From: Pseudoxanthomonas sp.
GTDB lineage: Bacteria; Pseudomonadota; Gammaproteobacteria; Xanthomonadales; Xanthomonadaceae
Length of the DNA: 47,610 nt
Direction: 5' to 3'
Assembly: GCA_050737675.1 (NCBI GenBank)
Contig: JBOHXX010000001.1
Span: 1 to 47,610, forward strand
Of this stretch, positions 37,474 to 46,523 are shown in pieces; position 1 is the first letter of the stretch; every line of letters starts with the position of its first letter. The translations under genes and the position numbers were made by a program. The notes below the pieces were generated by a model. It did no database searches. It was not told the origin of the DNA and saw only the letters and a program-made list of their open reading frames with translations.

Positions 37474-39659
37474 CCGGCGTCCACGACGCAGCGGAAGCCG
37501 ATGCCACCCGAGCGATCCTTGCACGGCGCCATCAGCAGGTACTTACCGTGCTGGTCCAGGCGATGGGCCTGCGGGAAATACCAGTGCGAAGTCTGTGGCT
37601 TGTAGGAACTACCGCCACGCAACACCGCCGCGCGGGTATGCGCATCGGCGTATTCGTCGGTCCATTGCCAGACGTTGCCGACCAGGTCCATGACCCCGAA
37701 CGGGCTGGCGCCCGCGGGGTGCGCATGCACATCGGACGGTGGCAGTAGTCGGCGCCCACGATTCACGGCGGGCACCGCAGCCGGATTCCACGCGTCGCCC
37801 CACGGATAGGCGCGACCATCGCTGCCTTGCGCGGCGTACTGCCATTCCCACTCATGCGGCAGACGCTTGCCGGCCCATTGCGCGTAGGCGCGTGCGTCTT
37901 CGATCGACACCCAGGTCACCGGCTTGTCGTTCCAACCCGCGGGCGGCGCGTTGTCGACCCAGTCGCGCAGGAAGTTGTGAGCGTCGCGTGGCGCGTACCC
38001 GCTTTCGTCGATGAAGCGCTTGAACTGCGCATTGCTGACCGGATGGCGGTCGATGTGGAAGCCCTGCATCTGCATCAGCTTGCGATGGCCGCGGCGGGCG
38101 CTGCTTTCCCACGGGTACTGGAAATCGACACCATCCCAGGTCTGGCCTTCGACCTCGATGCCGCCGACCACGAAGTCGAATTCGCCAGCGGGAATGGCGA
38201 CCATGCCCTCTGGTGCGGCCTGCATCGGCGAGGTGCGCGCGATTTCCACGATCTGTTGCGGGATCGAATTCCACTGTGCGGAGAACGATTGCAGCGGCAC
38301 TTCGGCCAGCACCTTCATCTTCGCCAGATAGGCATCGAGCCCGGAAGCCTGCACACCAGCATCCAGCGCCAGCAACGCGCCATAGCCCTTGCCTTCCAGG
38401 CCCATGGACAGGATCGCCCTGTCTCCGACGATGCGCGGCTGCAACGCGACGCCATTCCACGCATCGAAGTAACGGATGCCGTCCACATGCGCGACGGAGA
38501 TCTGCTCACCAGCCACTTCGTATTCGTTGCGGTTGACGATGTTCCACAAGGTCATGCCCTGCCCCGGGAAACGACTGGCGAACACCCCCGCCTGCAGCGT
38601 CGCCGCATACGGCTGCCAGTCCATGCTCACCATCAGCGGCGCGAACTGGCGCTCGACCGCGGCTATCCGGCGCAGGCTTTCCGCGTCGCGCGGGGTGAAC
38701 TGATTCCAGATGCCCCAGATGTTTTCCCAGGCGTTGTAGCCCACACCGTTGAAGAAGATGTATTGCAGGTCGTTGGTGCGGTCGCGGCCCCAGCGGTTCT
38801 CGTAGTTGATCATGTGGCGCGGTTCCAGCCACTTGAACTTCGCCACCGAGGGAATGACGTCGGCCGGTACCTTCTTGCCCCAGCTCTGCACGTTCCAGAT
38901 CAGGTGCTCTTCCGCGCTGATGGTCGATTCCGGCTGCACCACCACCGGGCAACCCAGTTCATCGCAGGCATCGAAGAACGCACGCGGCACGCCGTTGTAG
39001 GTGTCGCCGTTGATGCCGTCCGCGCCGGTTTCCTTGACCAGCCGCGCAATCGCCTTCCAGTCCGGTTCGCCCTGTTCGCGGGTACCGTTGTCCCAGGGCA
39101 TGGTCGGCAGGAACACCTTCACTCCGCGCCGGTGGAAATCGGCGACCGCGCCGCGCATGCCTTCCACTCCGCCCGGCAAGTCGTGGATGAGATCGAACTG
39201 GTTGCGGTCATCCACGCCGATGTTCGGATAGATGTACCAGAGCAGCACGCTGTCCAGGCCGCCGAAGCGTTCCTCAAGATCGTCGAGGTAGCGATCGACC
39301 GTGTACTTTCCGGTTACCGGATCGTGGAAATAGCGGTCCTCGATCATCATCTGCGCATGGACGAAATTGCTCTGCGCCCATTGCAGTTCCGGACGCCGGT
39401 AGTTGGCGTCGTCGTAGCCGATCCGGGTGAGGTGCTCGCGACGCCAGTCGGTCAATTCACGGATCCAGTCGCCGGCGGTGCCGTTGACGTCCATCTTCCA
39501 GTGGCCGATCTCGGCGAAAGGCCATCCCGGTGCCTTGCCCGGAGTCGGCAGGTAGCGCTGGGTGGTGACGTGGGAGAACTTGTACTCGGTCCTGATCTCC
39601 GGGCTTACGCTATTGTCGGGATCGGTGCCGGGGACTGGAATTTCAGGACTGATGGTCAT
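37470..39659 (-). CDS. Large protein: unknown N-terminal domain + C-terminal FGE-sulfatase/SUMF1-like domain
   Basis: C-terminal MVAIPAGEF, PVSNAQF, PVTWVS, RLPHEWEWQYAA, YPWG, DLVGNVWQW, RGGS and GFRC. Confidence 0.85.
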   Translation of the reverse strand: MTISPEIPVPGTDPDNSVSPEIRTEYKFSHVTTQRYLPTPGKAPGWPFAEIGHWKMDVNGTAGDWIRELTDWRREHLTRIGYDDANYRRPELQWAQSNFVHAQMMIEDRYFHDPVTGKYTVDRYLDDLEERFGGLDSVLLWYIYPNIGVDDRNQFDLIHDLPGGVEGMRGAVADFHRRGVKVFLPTMPWDNGTREQGEPDWKAIARLVKETGADGINGDTYNGVPRAFFDACDELGCPVVVQPESTISAEEHLIWNVQSWGKKVPADVIPSVAKFKWLEPRHMINYENRWGRDRTNDLQYIFFNGVGYNAWENIWGIWNQFTPRDAESLRRIAAVERQFAPLMVSMDWQPYAATLQAGVFASRFPGQGMTLWNIVNRNEYEVAGEQISVAHVDGIRYFDAWNGVALQPRIVGDRAILSMGLEGKGYGALLALDAGVQASGLDAYLAKMKVLAEVPLQSFSAQWNSIPQQIVEIARTSPMQAAPEGMVAIPAGEFDFVVGGIEVEGQTWDGVDFQYPWESSARRGHRKLMQMQGFHIDRHPVSNAQFKRFIDESGYAPRDAHNFLRDWVDNAPPAGWNDKPVTWVSIEDARAYAQWAGKRLPHEWEWQYAAQGSDGRAYPWGDAWNPAAVPAVNRGRRLLPPSDVHAHPAGASPFGVMDLVGNVWQWTDEYADAHTRAAVLRGGSSYKPQTSHWYFPQAHRLDQHGKYLLMAPCKDRSGGIGFRCVVDAG

Positions 39660-39695
39660 GGTCTTCTGGATTTCGGAATCGATTGGAAGCGAGTG

Positions 39696-40646
39696 TCACA
39701 CAAGGCCGCAGTACGCGGCGAGCGAGGCGTCCGCCGCCTGCGCGTGGCGGTCGTCGGCACGCAGCAGTGCTTCGACTTCCGCGCGTTGCGGGATGCTGGC
39801 TTGCGCGCCGAGTCGCGTGCAGGCCAGCGCGGAGGCGGCGCAGGCATAGCGCAGCGCTTCCGGCAGGGCATCGCCCAGGTTCAGAGCGGCGACCAGGGCG
39901 CCGCAGAATGTGTCACCGGCGGCGGTGGTGTCGACGGCCTGCACCTTGAATCCGGATTGCAGGAAGAACTCCACGCCCTGCCTTGCGCAGCAACCGCGCG
40001 CCCCCAGGGTCACCACCACGCAGGGCACGTCGAGCTGCGCCAGGCATTCGCTTACGGTTCCGTGGTGCCCGGTGATGGTGGCGAGTTCGCCCTCGTTGAC
40101 GATCAGCACGTCCACCGATCGCAACAGTTCGGTCGGCAATGCGCGCGCAGGCGCCGCATTGAGCACGACCTGCGTGCCCGCCGCGCGTGCGGCCAGGGCG
40201 AAAGCGATGACCGCTTCCAGCGGCGTCTCCAGTTGCAGCAGCAGGTGGCTGATTTCATGCAGTGAGGAAAGTTCATCGCCGCACAGCGAAGCATTGGCGC
40301 CCGGGGCCACGGTGATCGCGTTCTCGGCATCATCGGACAGGCAGATGAAAGCGGTGCCGGTCGGTTCCGCGCTGCGCACGACCTGCATGCTCACGCCTGC
40401 ATCGGCCAATGAATCTTCGATCGCCGTGGCGAAAGTATCGTCGCCCAACGCCAGCAGCATGCGCGTGGCGACGCCGCCGGCACGTGCGCAGGCGACCGCC
40501 TGGTTCGCGCCCTTGCCGCCGGGGAACGTGGCGAACTCGCGACCCAGCACGGTCTCGCCCGGTGCCGGTACGTGCGAGGCGCGCACCACGAAATCGAGGT
40601 TGGCGGAACCGGCCACCAGCAAGGTGTCGCGAATCCGCGCGTTCAT
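39696..40646 (-). CDS. rbsK: Ribokinase (PfkB family)
   Basis: Start ATG 40646 (ATGA overlap). [27 protein letters not shown] and DTTAAGDTF. Confidence 0.88.
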   Translation of the reverse strand: MNARIRDTLLVAGSANLDFVVRASHVPAPGETVLGREFATFPGGKGANQAVACARAGGVATRMLLALGDDTFATAIEDSLADAGVSMQVVRSAEPTGTAFICLSDDAENAITVAPGANASLCGDELSSLHEISHLLLQLETPLEAVIAFALAARAAGTQVVLNAAPARALPTELLRSVDVLIVNEGELATITGHHGTVSECLAQLDVPCVVVTLGARGCCARQGVEFFLQSGFKVQAVDTTAAGDTFCGALVAALNLGDALPEALRYACAASALACTRLGAQASIPQRAEVEALLRADDRHAQAADASLAAYCGLV

Positions 40647-42004
40647 CGCAACAGCGCCTGGTAGACCAGGTTGTAGAACGGGGTGCTGATCCGCGGCAAG
40701 TCGTTGGCCGCATCGTTGGGAAGGTGCTGCAGGAGCAGGATCGAGATCATCCGTTCCTGCGGGTCGATGGAAAAATAAGTGGATGCGGCGCCCGACCAGC
40801 CGAACTGTCCGACCGAGCCCAGGCGTCCCTTGCGGGCCGGATCGAGCAGCACCGAACCGCCCAGGCCGAAGCCTTCGGCATCGCTGAACTGGGTGACCGG
40901 CGGATCGAGGAAGGTCAGGTGGTTGACCATCATCTGCTCGACGGTCTTGCGGCCGAGTATCGAAACGCCATCTAGCGTGCCGCCGTCGAGCAGCATCCGG
41001 CACAGGCGCATGAAATCCGGGGCGGTGGAATAAAGTCCGCCCGCACCGCTGTAATAGGGATTGAGCATGGCGCCGGGATGCACCGCGCTGGGGCCGTCGT
41101 CCAGGCGCAGCTTTCCGTCGCTGCCCATGACGGTGATGTCGACGATGCGGTCGCGCTTGTCCTTCGGCACGCTGAAGCCGGTGTCTGCCATGCGCAACGG
41201 ATCGAACAGCCGTTGCTGCAGGAACGCATCGAAGCGCTGCCCACTGATCACTTCCACTACCCGCGCCAGCACTTCCAGTTGCGTGCCGTCGTAGCTGAAG
41301 CGCGTGCCCGGCTCCACCGCCAGAGGCACGCGGGCAAGGCGACGGGAGAATTCGGCGAGGTCCGCAGAGCCATGCAGGTCGGCACGCTCGAGCAGCCTGG
41401 TCGCTTCTTCGTAACCGGCGCCGCCGGTGGCGAAGCCGGCCGTGTGCGTAAGCAGCTGATGCAAGGTGATCCTGTTCTTCGCGGATCGCAGCTGTGGCGC
41501 ATCGGCCGTACCGCCGGCGAATACCTTCATATCCACGAATTCCGGCAGGAATTTCTCCACCGGGTCATCCAGGTTCAATTTTCCTTCTTCCATCAGCATC
41601 AGCACGGCGACCGTGGTCACCGTCTTGGTCATGGAATAGATGCGGAAGATGGAATCCATGCGCATCGGCGACGTACGGGCGAGGTCGCGATAGCCGTAGG
41701 CCTGCGACTGCACCATTTCCCCACCGCTGGAAACCAGGCTCACTGCGCCAGGATAACCATCTGCGTCAGTGGCCCTGCGCAGAAAGCCATCCAACCGCTG
41801 CAGGCGTTCTGCCGAGAACCGGGGAGAGTCGGCGCCCGCACCCGCAGGGCTGGCTGGCGAAAGGGAAGCAGCAACAGCGGAGGGGATTGCGCAGGAAAGG
41901 ACGAGCAGCGCAGCCAACAAACCGCCCGTCGCTATGCCAGCGATCGAAAGCCGCCCGCGGGATTGCCGGGCGGCTCTGATGCTTGCGTGGCCATGGCCCG
42001 CCAC
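40643..42004 (-). CDS. Periplasmic serine hydrolase (beta-lactamase-fold esterase/amidase)
   Basis: Signal peptide; SMTK (SxxK), [23 protein letters not shown] and FGWSGAAST; start codon uncertain. Confidence 0.88.
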   Translation of the reverse strand: MAGHGHASIRAARQSRGRLSIAGIATGGLLAALLVLSCAIPSAVAASLSPASPAGAGADSPRFSAERLQRLDGFLRRATDADGYPGAVSLVSSGGEMVQSQAYGYRDLARTSPMRMDSIFRIYSMTKTVTTVAVLMLMEEGKLNLDDPVEKFLPEFVDMKVFAGGTADAPQLRSAKNRITLHQLLTHTAGFATGGAGYEEATRLLERADLHGSADLAEFSRRLARVPLAVEPGTRFSYDGTQLEVLARVVEVISGQRFDAFLQQRLFDPLRMADTGFSVPKDKRDRIVDITVMGSDGKLRLDDGPSAVHPGAMLNPYYSGAGGLYSTAPDFMRLCRMLLDGGTLDGVSILGRKTVEQMMVNHLTFLDPPVTQFSDAEGFGLGGSVLLDPARKGRLGSVGQFGWSGAASTYFSIDPQERMISILLLQHLPNDAANDLPRISTPFYNLVYQALLR

Positions 42005-42021
42005 CGTGGATCGACCTGGGT

Positions 42022-44262
42022 TCAGAACGTCAGCTCGTAGGTGAGGGAGGTCATGCGGCCGCGACCTGCGAAATAGTTCTTGTAGAAATCGACCTGCGAC
42101 CAGCTGAGTATGTACTGCTTGTTGGTCAGGTTCTCGATGCCCACGGTGAAGCGGCCATAGTTCTCGGTCTTGTAGGTCGCACTCAGGTCGAACAGCGTAT
42201 AGCCCCTGGTGTGCTCCTCGAATTCGAACAACCGATCGTCGAATTCACGTACATCGCTCTCGGAAATATCGCGGGACAGCAACTTGGTTGCGCTCAGAGT
42301 TACACCACCCTCTGGCACGAAATTCCAGGTCACTGATGCCCCAATTTTGTCGGGGTTGATGTCGGACACGCCGATCGTCTTGTTCAAGCCACCGGCTGGA
42401 TAGTCCCCATTCAGGGCCGAATTCCAGAACGAAGTCTTGCCGCGGATACGCGAATAGAGCGCGCTGGCCTTCCACTCATCGGTAAAGCGCCATTCGCCAG
42501 TCAGTTCCACGCCCTTGATGCGGGTCGGGGCACGGTTGAGGACGTAATCGTTGGTGGCGGGATCGACCGCAAGCGAGGTGCCGAATGGCGACCGGGAGTC
42601 ATAGTACGAACCGCCGAAGGAGCCTTTGTCGCCACGCCAATTGAAGCCGAATTCACGGTTGTCGACGATGATCGGCTGCAGGTCGCGGATCTTGTCGACC
42701 GACTGTCCCGGCACGCTGATATTGCGCAACGGGATGCCGATGTTGGGCAGGCCGAAGCCTTCGCCGTAGGAACCGAACACCGACCACTCGTCGGTGATCC
42801 TCCAGATCGCGCCGAAGTTGACCAGGCCCTCGGTGTAGGTCACGCCGCCGCCCTGGACGAAGACGCTATTGCGGTAAGCCGTGGTGGTGTAGCTGTCGAC
42901 GTGCAGCTCGCCGTCCTCGTGCCGATATCCGCCACTCAGGGTGACAGGACCCAGGTCGTAGCTCAGCTGCACGTAAGGCGCGGTGCTGGTGTATTCCATC
43001 GGCGGCACCCAGACCCGATCGGTCAGGGCCAGGCGCTGCTGCGCCTCGTCGTAAACATAGTCCACGCCGACACGCAGCTCCAGGCCGGAAACATCGAACA
43101 GCGAGGAGGTCACCCATGACGGGCGGAAACCGTATTTCTTGGTGGCGATCTCGGACTGGTCGAATATCCACTCGGCCTCGGGCGGTGCGGGCTTGGTGAG
43201 CTGCTTGTCTTCGGTGGCTTCGGGCAGGTAACGCATCGCCTGGTCGGCCCAATAGCCATTCAGGAGCAAGGTTCCACCGAAGAAATCACCATTGCTGTAC
43301 TGCAGATTGAACTGCTCGAAGTCGTTGATCTCGGCCTTGCTGCCGAAGACATGGCCGCGTTCGGCGGTATTGGTCACCGGGACGGGGCAGTAGACCGGAT
43401 CGTAGCGGCAGCCATCGACCCCGATGTAGTCGCCGTTGCCTTCGATCTTGAAGTGGCTGTAGCTGGCCTGCAACCGCTGCATGCCGTCCTCGCCGAAGTT
43501 GATGCCGCCCTTCAGGAACAGGTTCTTGGCTTCCGAATCGGAGACCGAGCCACTGGTGTTCATGCCCACGCGGCGACCGTCGGCGTCGTAGGCCATGCCG
43601 CGGTCGATGACCGAGGCGCCCACCACCAGGTCGTAATTGTCCTGCTTGCGCATGAAGTTCAGGCCCACCTTCCAGCCACTGCTGTCGTCGGCGAACTGGC
43701 TGGAATAACGCGTCACCAGGCGGAATTCATTGCCCTCCTTCTGCGGCACGGCGGACAGGTAGTTGATGATGCCGCCGGCCGCGCCGATGCCTTCCGACGC
43801 CGAAGGCCCGTTGATGACCTCGATGCGGTCGATCATGCCCATGTCGGTGAAGGTCGCGCTGCGATTACCCTCGCGCAACGGCGAGCCCTGTGGAATGCCA
43901 TCGAACAAGCGCAGGGCGATGCGACCGCGAAGGGTTTCGCCGGAATTGCTCATCGCCTGCGACGATTCCGCATAGCCGGGAACGGTGCGCGCCAGCACCG
44001 CGGTGGCGTCTTCGGTCAACGCCAGGGTGTTCTTTATTTCCTCTTTCGACACCAGGGTGATCGCGCCCGGGATCTTGTCGATCGCCTTCGGGCTGCGGGT
44101 GCCGGTGACGACGACGTTTTCCAGGTTGACCGCGTCGAGTTTCTTCTTCGCCTCTTCGGTCTGGTCGGGATCGGAAGGCGCGGCGGCCTGCTGTGCGTGG
44201 ACGCTGGCGCTGACGGCGGCTGCCAGCAGGAAAACGCCGAATGTGGCCGGTACGTACTTCAT
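42022..44262 (-). CDS. TonB-dependent receptor (TBDR3)
   Basis: Signal peptide, ENVVVTGTR, DRIEVINGPSA, GIENLTNKQY and C-terminal GRMTSLTYELTF. Confidence 0.94.
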   Translation of the reverse strand: MKYVPATFGVFLLAAAVSASVHAQQAAAPSDPDQTEEAKKKLDAVNLENVVVTGTRSPKAIDKIPGAITLVSKEEIKNTLALTEDATAVLARTVPGYAESSQAMSNSGETLRGRIALRLFDGIPQGSPLREGNRSATFTDMGMIDRIEVINGPSASEGIGAAGGIINYLSAVPQKEGNEFRLVTRYSSQFADDSSGWKVGLNFMRKQDNYDLVVGASVIDRGMAYDADGRRVGMNTSGSVSDSEAKNLFLKGGINFGEDGMQRLQASYSHFKIEGNGDYIGVDGCRYDPVYCPVPVTNTAERGHVFGSKAEINDFEQFNLQYSNGDFFGGTLLLNGYWADQAMRYLPEATEDKQLTKPAPPEAEWIFDQSEIATKKYGFRPSWVTSSLFDVSGLELRVGVDYVYDEAQQRLALTDRVWVPPMEYTSTAPYVQLSYDLGPVTLSGGYRHEDGELHVDSYTTTAYRNSVFVQGGGVTYTEGLVNFGAIWRITDEWSVFGSYGEGFGLPNIGIPLRNISVPGQSVDKIRDLQPIIVDNREFGFNWRGDKGSFGGSYYDSRSPFGTSLAVDPATNDYVLNRAPTRIKGVELTGEWRFTDEWKASALYSRIRGKTSFWNSALNGDYPAGGLNKTIGVSDINPDKIGASVTWNFVPEGGVTLSATKLLSRDISESDVREFDDRLFEFEEHTRGYTLFDLSATYKTENYGRFTVGIENLTNKQYILSWSQVDFYKNYFAGRGRMTSLTYELTF

Positions 44263-44547
44263 GGTGTCTGGTCTCTATGGTTTTTTGTTCTTCAGAGACG
44301 CGTAGCTACGCGGCTCCCCCGTTTGCGTTTGCACTTGCAGCGCGCAGGTGCGTCCTGCGTGCCAAGCATCCCCTCCAGGACGCTTACGTGAAGCCCCGAT
44401 AGTTGAAGCGAGACTAGGCGCTGGCCGACGGGAATAGAACCGCACCGAACTATGTTCAGAGTCTAGTTTTTGTTGCTTACCGATCCGCAATTCATGGCGC
44501 GACGCAGCAAAAGCCGTCCTTGTCCCCCATAGGGATTTCCTTGGTGC

Positions 44548-44614
44548 GTAGAGCCGAGCTTGCTCGGCTGCTCCTGATCTTGCGCAAAGGGCAGCGGAGC
44601 AAGCTCGGCTCTAC
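44548..44614. repeat. GTAG-family REP doublet (REPIN)
   Basis: GTAGAGCCGAGCTTGCTCGGCTGCTC and an inverted copy with two mismatches; each has a GTAG tail and an internal palindrome; downstream of lysR. Confidence 0.85.
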
Positions 44615-44649
44615 AAGGCTTCATTGGCCGTGGTGGGCAAAGGCCCACC

Positions 44650-45531
44650 CTACGCGTTGATGACCTTCATCGCCGCCCGGCTCTCTTCCAGGAACACGGT
44701 GACCAGGCGGATGCGGATCGTCGAACGCGACCAGACGATGCCGATCTGCCGCGGCACGCTTTCGTGGGGAAGCGGAATCCTGGCCAGCTTCAATCCTTCC
44801 GGCCATGGTTTGGCCCAGTCGGGCACCAGCGACACGCCCAGGCCGCGATCCACCATCACCGCGATCGCATTCAGCGCGTTCAATTCGAAGCGTTCGTGCG
44901 GGGTGATGCCCATGCGTTGCAGGTATTCCTCGGCCTGCCGGCCGCCCCAGTGGTTGCGGTCGTAGCGGATCAGCGGCTGCGTGGCCAGCAGTTCGTGCGG
45001 ATCACGGCCAACCATGCTCGCCGGCGCTAGCACCACCAGCGGTTCCTCGCGTAGCAGTTGCCAGTTGCAGGTCTTGGGCAAGGTATACGGTGCGTGCAGC
45101 ACGATCGCCGCGTCCAGTTCGCCGCTTTCCACCGCGCGGTACAGGTCGGCCGAATAGCCCGGCTTGATGAACACGTTGATCTCGGGGAATTTCTCCACCA
45201 TCCGCGCCAGGATGTCCGGCAGCATGCCGGCCAACGCGGTCGGACAGGCGCCCAGGCGCAATTCTCCTGAGACCGCGTTGTCGTTGGCCAGGCTGCGCAG
45301 GTCCGCCACGTCGCGCAGCAGGTCGCGGCTGCGCTGCAGGATGCGCGAACCTTCCTCGGTGACGCTGACCGTACGACCCGCGCGCGCGATCAGCGGCGCG
45401 CCGATTTCCCGCTCCAGGGTCCTGATCTGCTGCGCCACCGCGGCCGGAGTGATGTTGAGCAGACGCGCGGCGGCGGCCATGGATCCGTGGTCGACCACAG
45501 CCACGAAGGTTTTCAGGAACTGGGTGTCCAC
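44650..45531 (-). CDS. LysR-family transcriptional regulator
   Basis: LKTFVAVVDHGSMAAAARLLNITPAAVAQQIRTLE HTH plus substrate-binding domain (GELD, GLGVSLVP). Confidence 0.95.
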   Translation of the reverse strand: MDTQFLKTFVAVVDHGSMAAAARLLNITPAAVAQQIRTLEREIGAPLIARAGRTVSVTEEGSRILQRSRDLLRDVADLRSLANDNAVSGELRLGACPTALAGMLPDILARMVEKFPEINVFIKPGYSADLYRAVESGELDAAIVLHAPYTLPKTCNWQLLREEPLVVLAPASMVGRDPHELLATQPLIRYDRNHWGGRQAEEYLQRMGITPHERFELNALNAIAVMVDRGLGVSLVPDWAKPWPEGLKLARIPLPHESVPRQIGIVWSRSTIRIRLVTVFLEESRAAMKVINA

Positions 45532-45713
45532 GTGATGTTTCTCGTTGTATGCGGCGGGCTGCAGGAAAGCGGCGAGCGGCGAAGGACACTCCGGACGCTG
45601 GCGAACACCAGCTTAAGCATACTCAAAAGATAGCGCGCCATGCTTGTTGCGACAGGACGGCGGCATGAAGATTCCGGCAAAGCACCGCCTGGCGCTTGCA
45701 TTGCGTGGACCCC

Positions 45714-46517
45714 ATGCACTATCCCGACGCGACTCCCGAAAAGATCGGTTTCTTCCGCGAACACGGCTACCTGGTGGTCGGCGACGCCATTCCCCAGGCC
45801 GATCTCGACCAGCTGGAAGGACATTGCAATACGCTCATCGATGAAAAGGAGCGGCTGGCCAACGACTGGGCCTGGGATGCGAAGGAAAGCCGTGACCAGC
45901 GCTCGTTCCGCATCGTCCAGTCCTCTCCCGCCCTGGTCTGGAAGGACATCGGCGAGCAGGCCTATCGGCGCTGGCTGGTGTCGTTCGCCTCGCAACTGAT
46001 GGGGATGGAACTGGAATTCTGGTACGACCAGTTCCTGGGCAAGCCTCCGGGCAGGAGCGTGCCGACCGAATGGCACCAGGATGAAGGCTACTGGGGCCGC
46101 AACCTGGCCGACCGCGGCATCACCGGCTGGATTCCGCTGCAGGACGTGGACCGCGTCAACGGCTGCATGCACTTCATCGATGGCGGCCATGTCCACGGCG
46201 TGTTGCCGCATCGCCTGGTCGAAGGCATGCAAAGCGACCTGCTGATCTGCGAGGTCGATGAAGCGCGCACGGTCGCCTGTCCGATGCGGCGCGGCGACGT
46301 GGCCTTCCACCATTCGAAGACCCCGCACATGAGTACCGCCAACACCGGCACTGCCTGGCGCAAGGCAGTCACCAACCACCTGCAGGCGACAGGTGCCGGT
46401 GGCGAAGGCGATCATTACCCGTGGCGGGTCAAGGTCAACCAGAAGACCGGCACGCGCGTGGTTCCTGAAAGCAGGCCGCTGGAGCGAACCACGATAGAGC
46501 CAGCGGACGAAGACTGA
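45714..46517 (+). CDS. PhyH-family Fe(II)/2-oxoglutarate dioxygenase
   Basis: FFREHGYL, KPPG, WHQD, WIPLQD...NGCM...GGH, GDVAFH, distal His in TPH and N...R; divergent from lysR. Confidence 0.9.
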   Translation: MHYPDATPEKIGFFREHGYLVVGDAIPQADLDQLEGHCNTLIDEKERLANDWAWDAKESRDQRSFRIVQSSPALVWKDIGEQAYRRWLVSFASQLMGMELEFWYDQFLGKPPGRSVPTEWHQDEGYWGRNLADRGITGWIPLQDVDRVNGCMHFIDGGHVHGVLPHRLVEGMQSDLLICEVDEARTVACPMRRGDVAFHHSKTPHMSTANTGTAWRKAVTNHLQATGAGGEGDHYPWRVKVNQKTGTRVVPESRPLERTTIEPADED

Positions 46518-46523
46518 CCTGGA

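Noticed and set aside
37470..39659. Ergothioneine EgtB or true FGE
   Set aside because: No recognisable DinB metal motif, no FGE catalytic Cys pair, and no egtD or sulfatase nearby.
40643..42004. Beta-lactamase/AMR gene
   Set aside because: SxxK fold, but the motifs and catabolic context fit an esterase/amidase; no evidence for resistance.
34296..44391. Long plus-strand ORFs (388, 621, 812, 320 and 346 aa)
   Set aside because: Shadows of well-supported minus-strand genes.
35585..45630. Shared AAGCA-containing motif upstream of the CoA-transferase, TBDR3 and phyH as LysR boxes
   Set aside because: Too short and degenerate, with inconsistent spacing, to support by eye.
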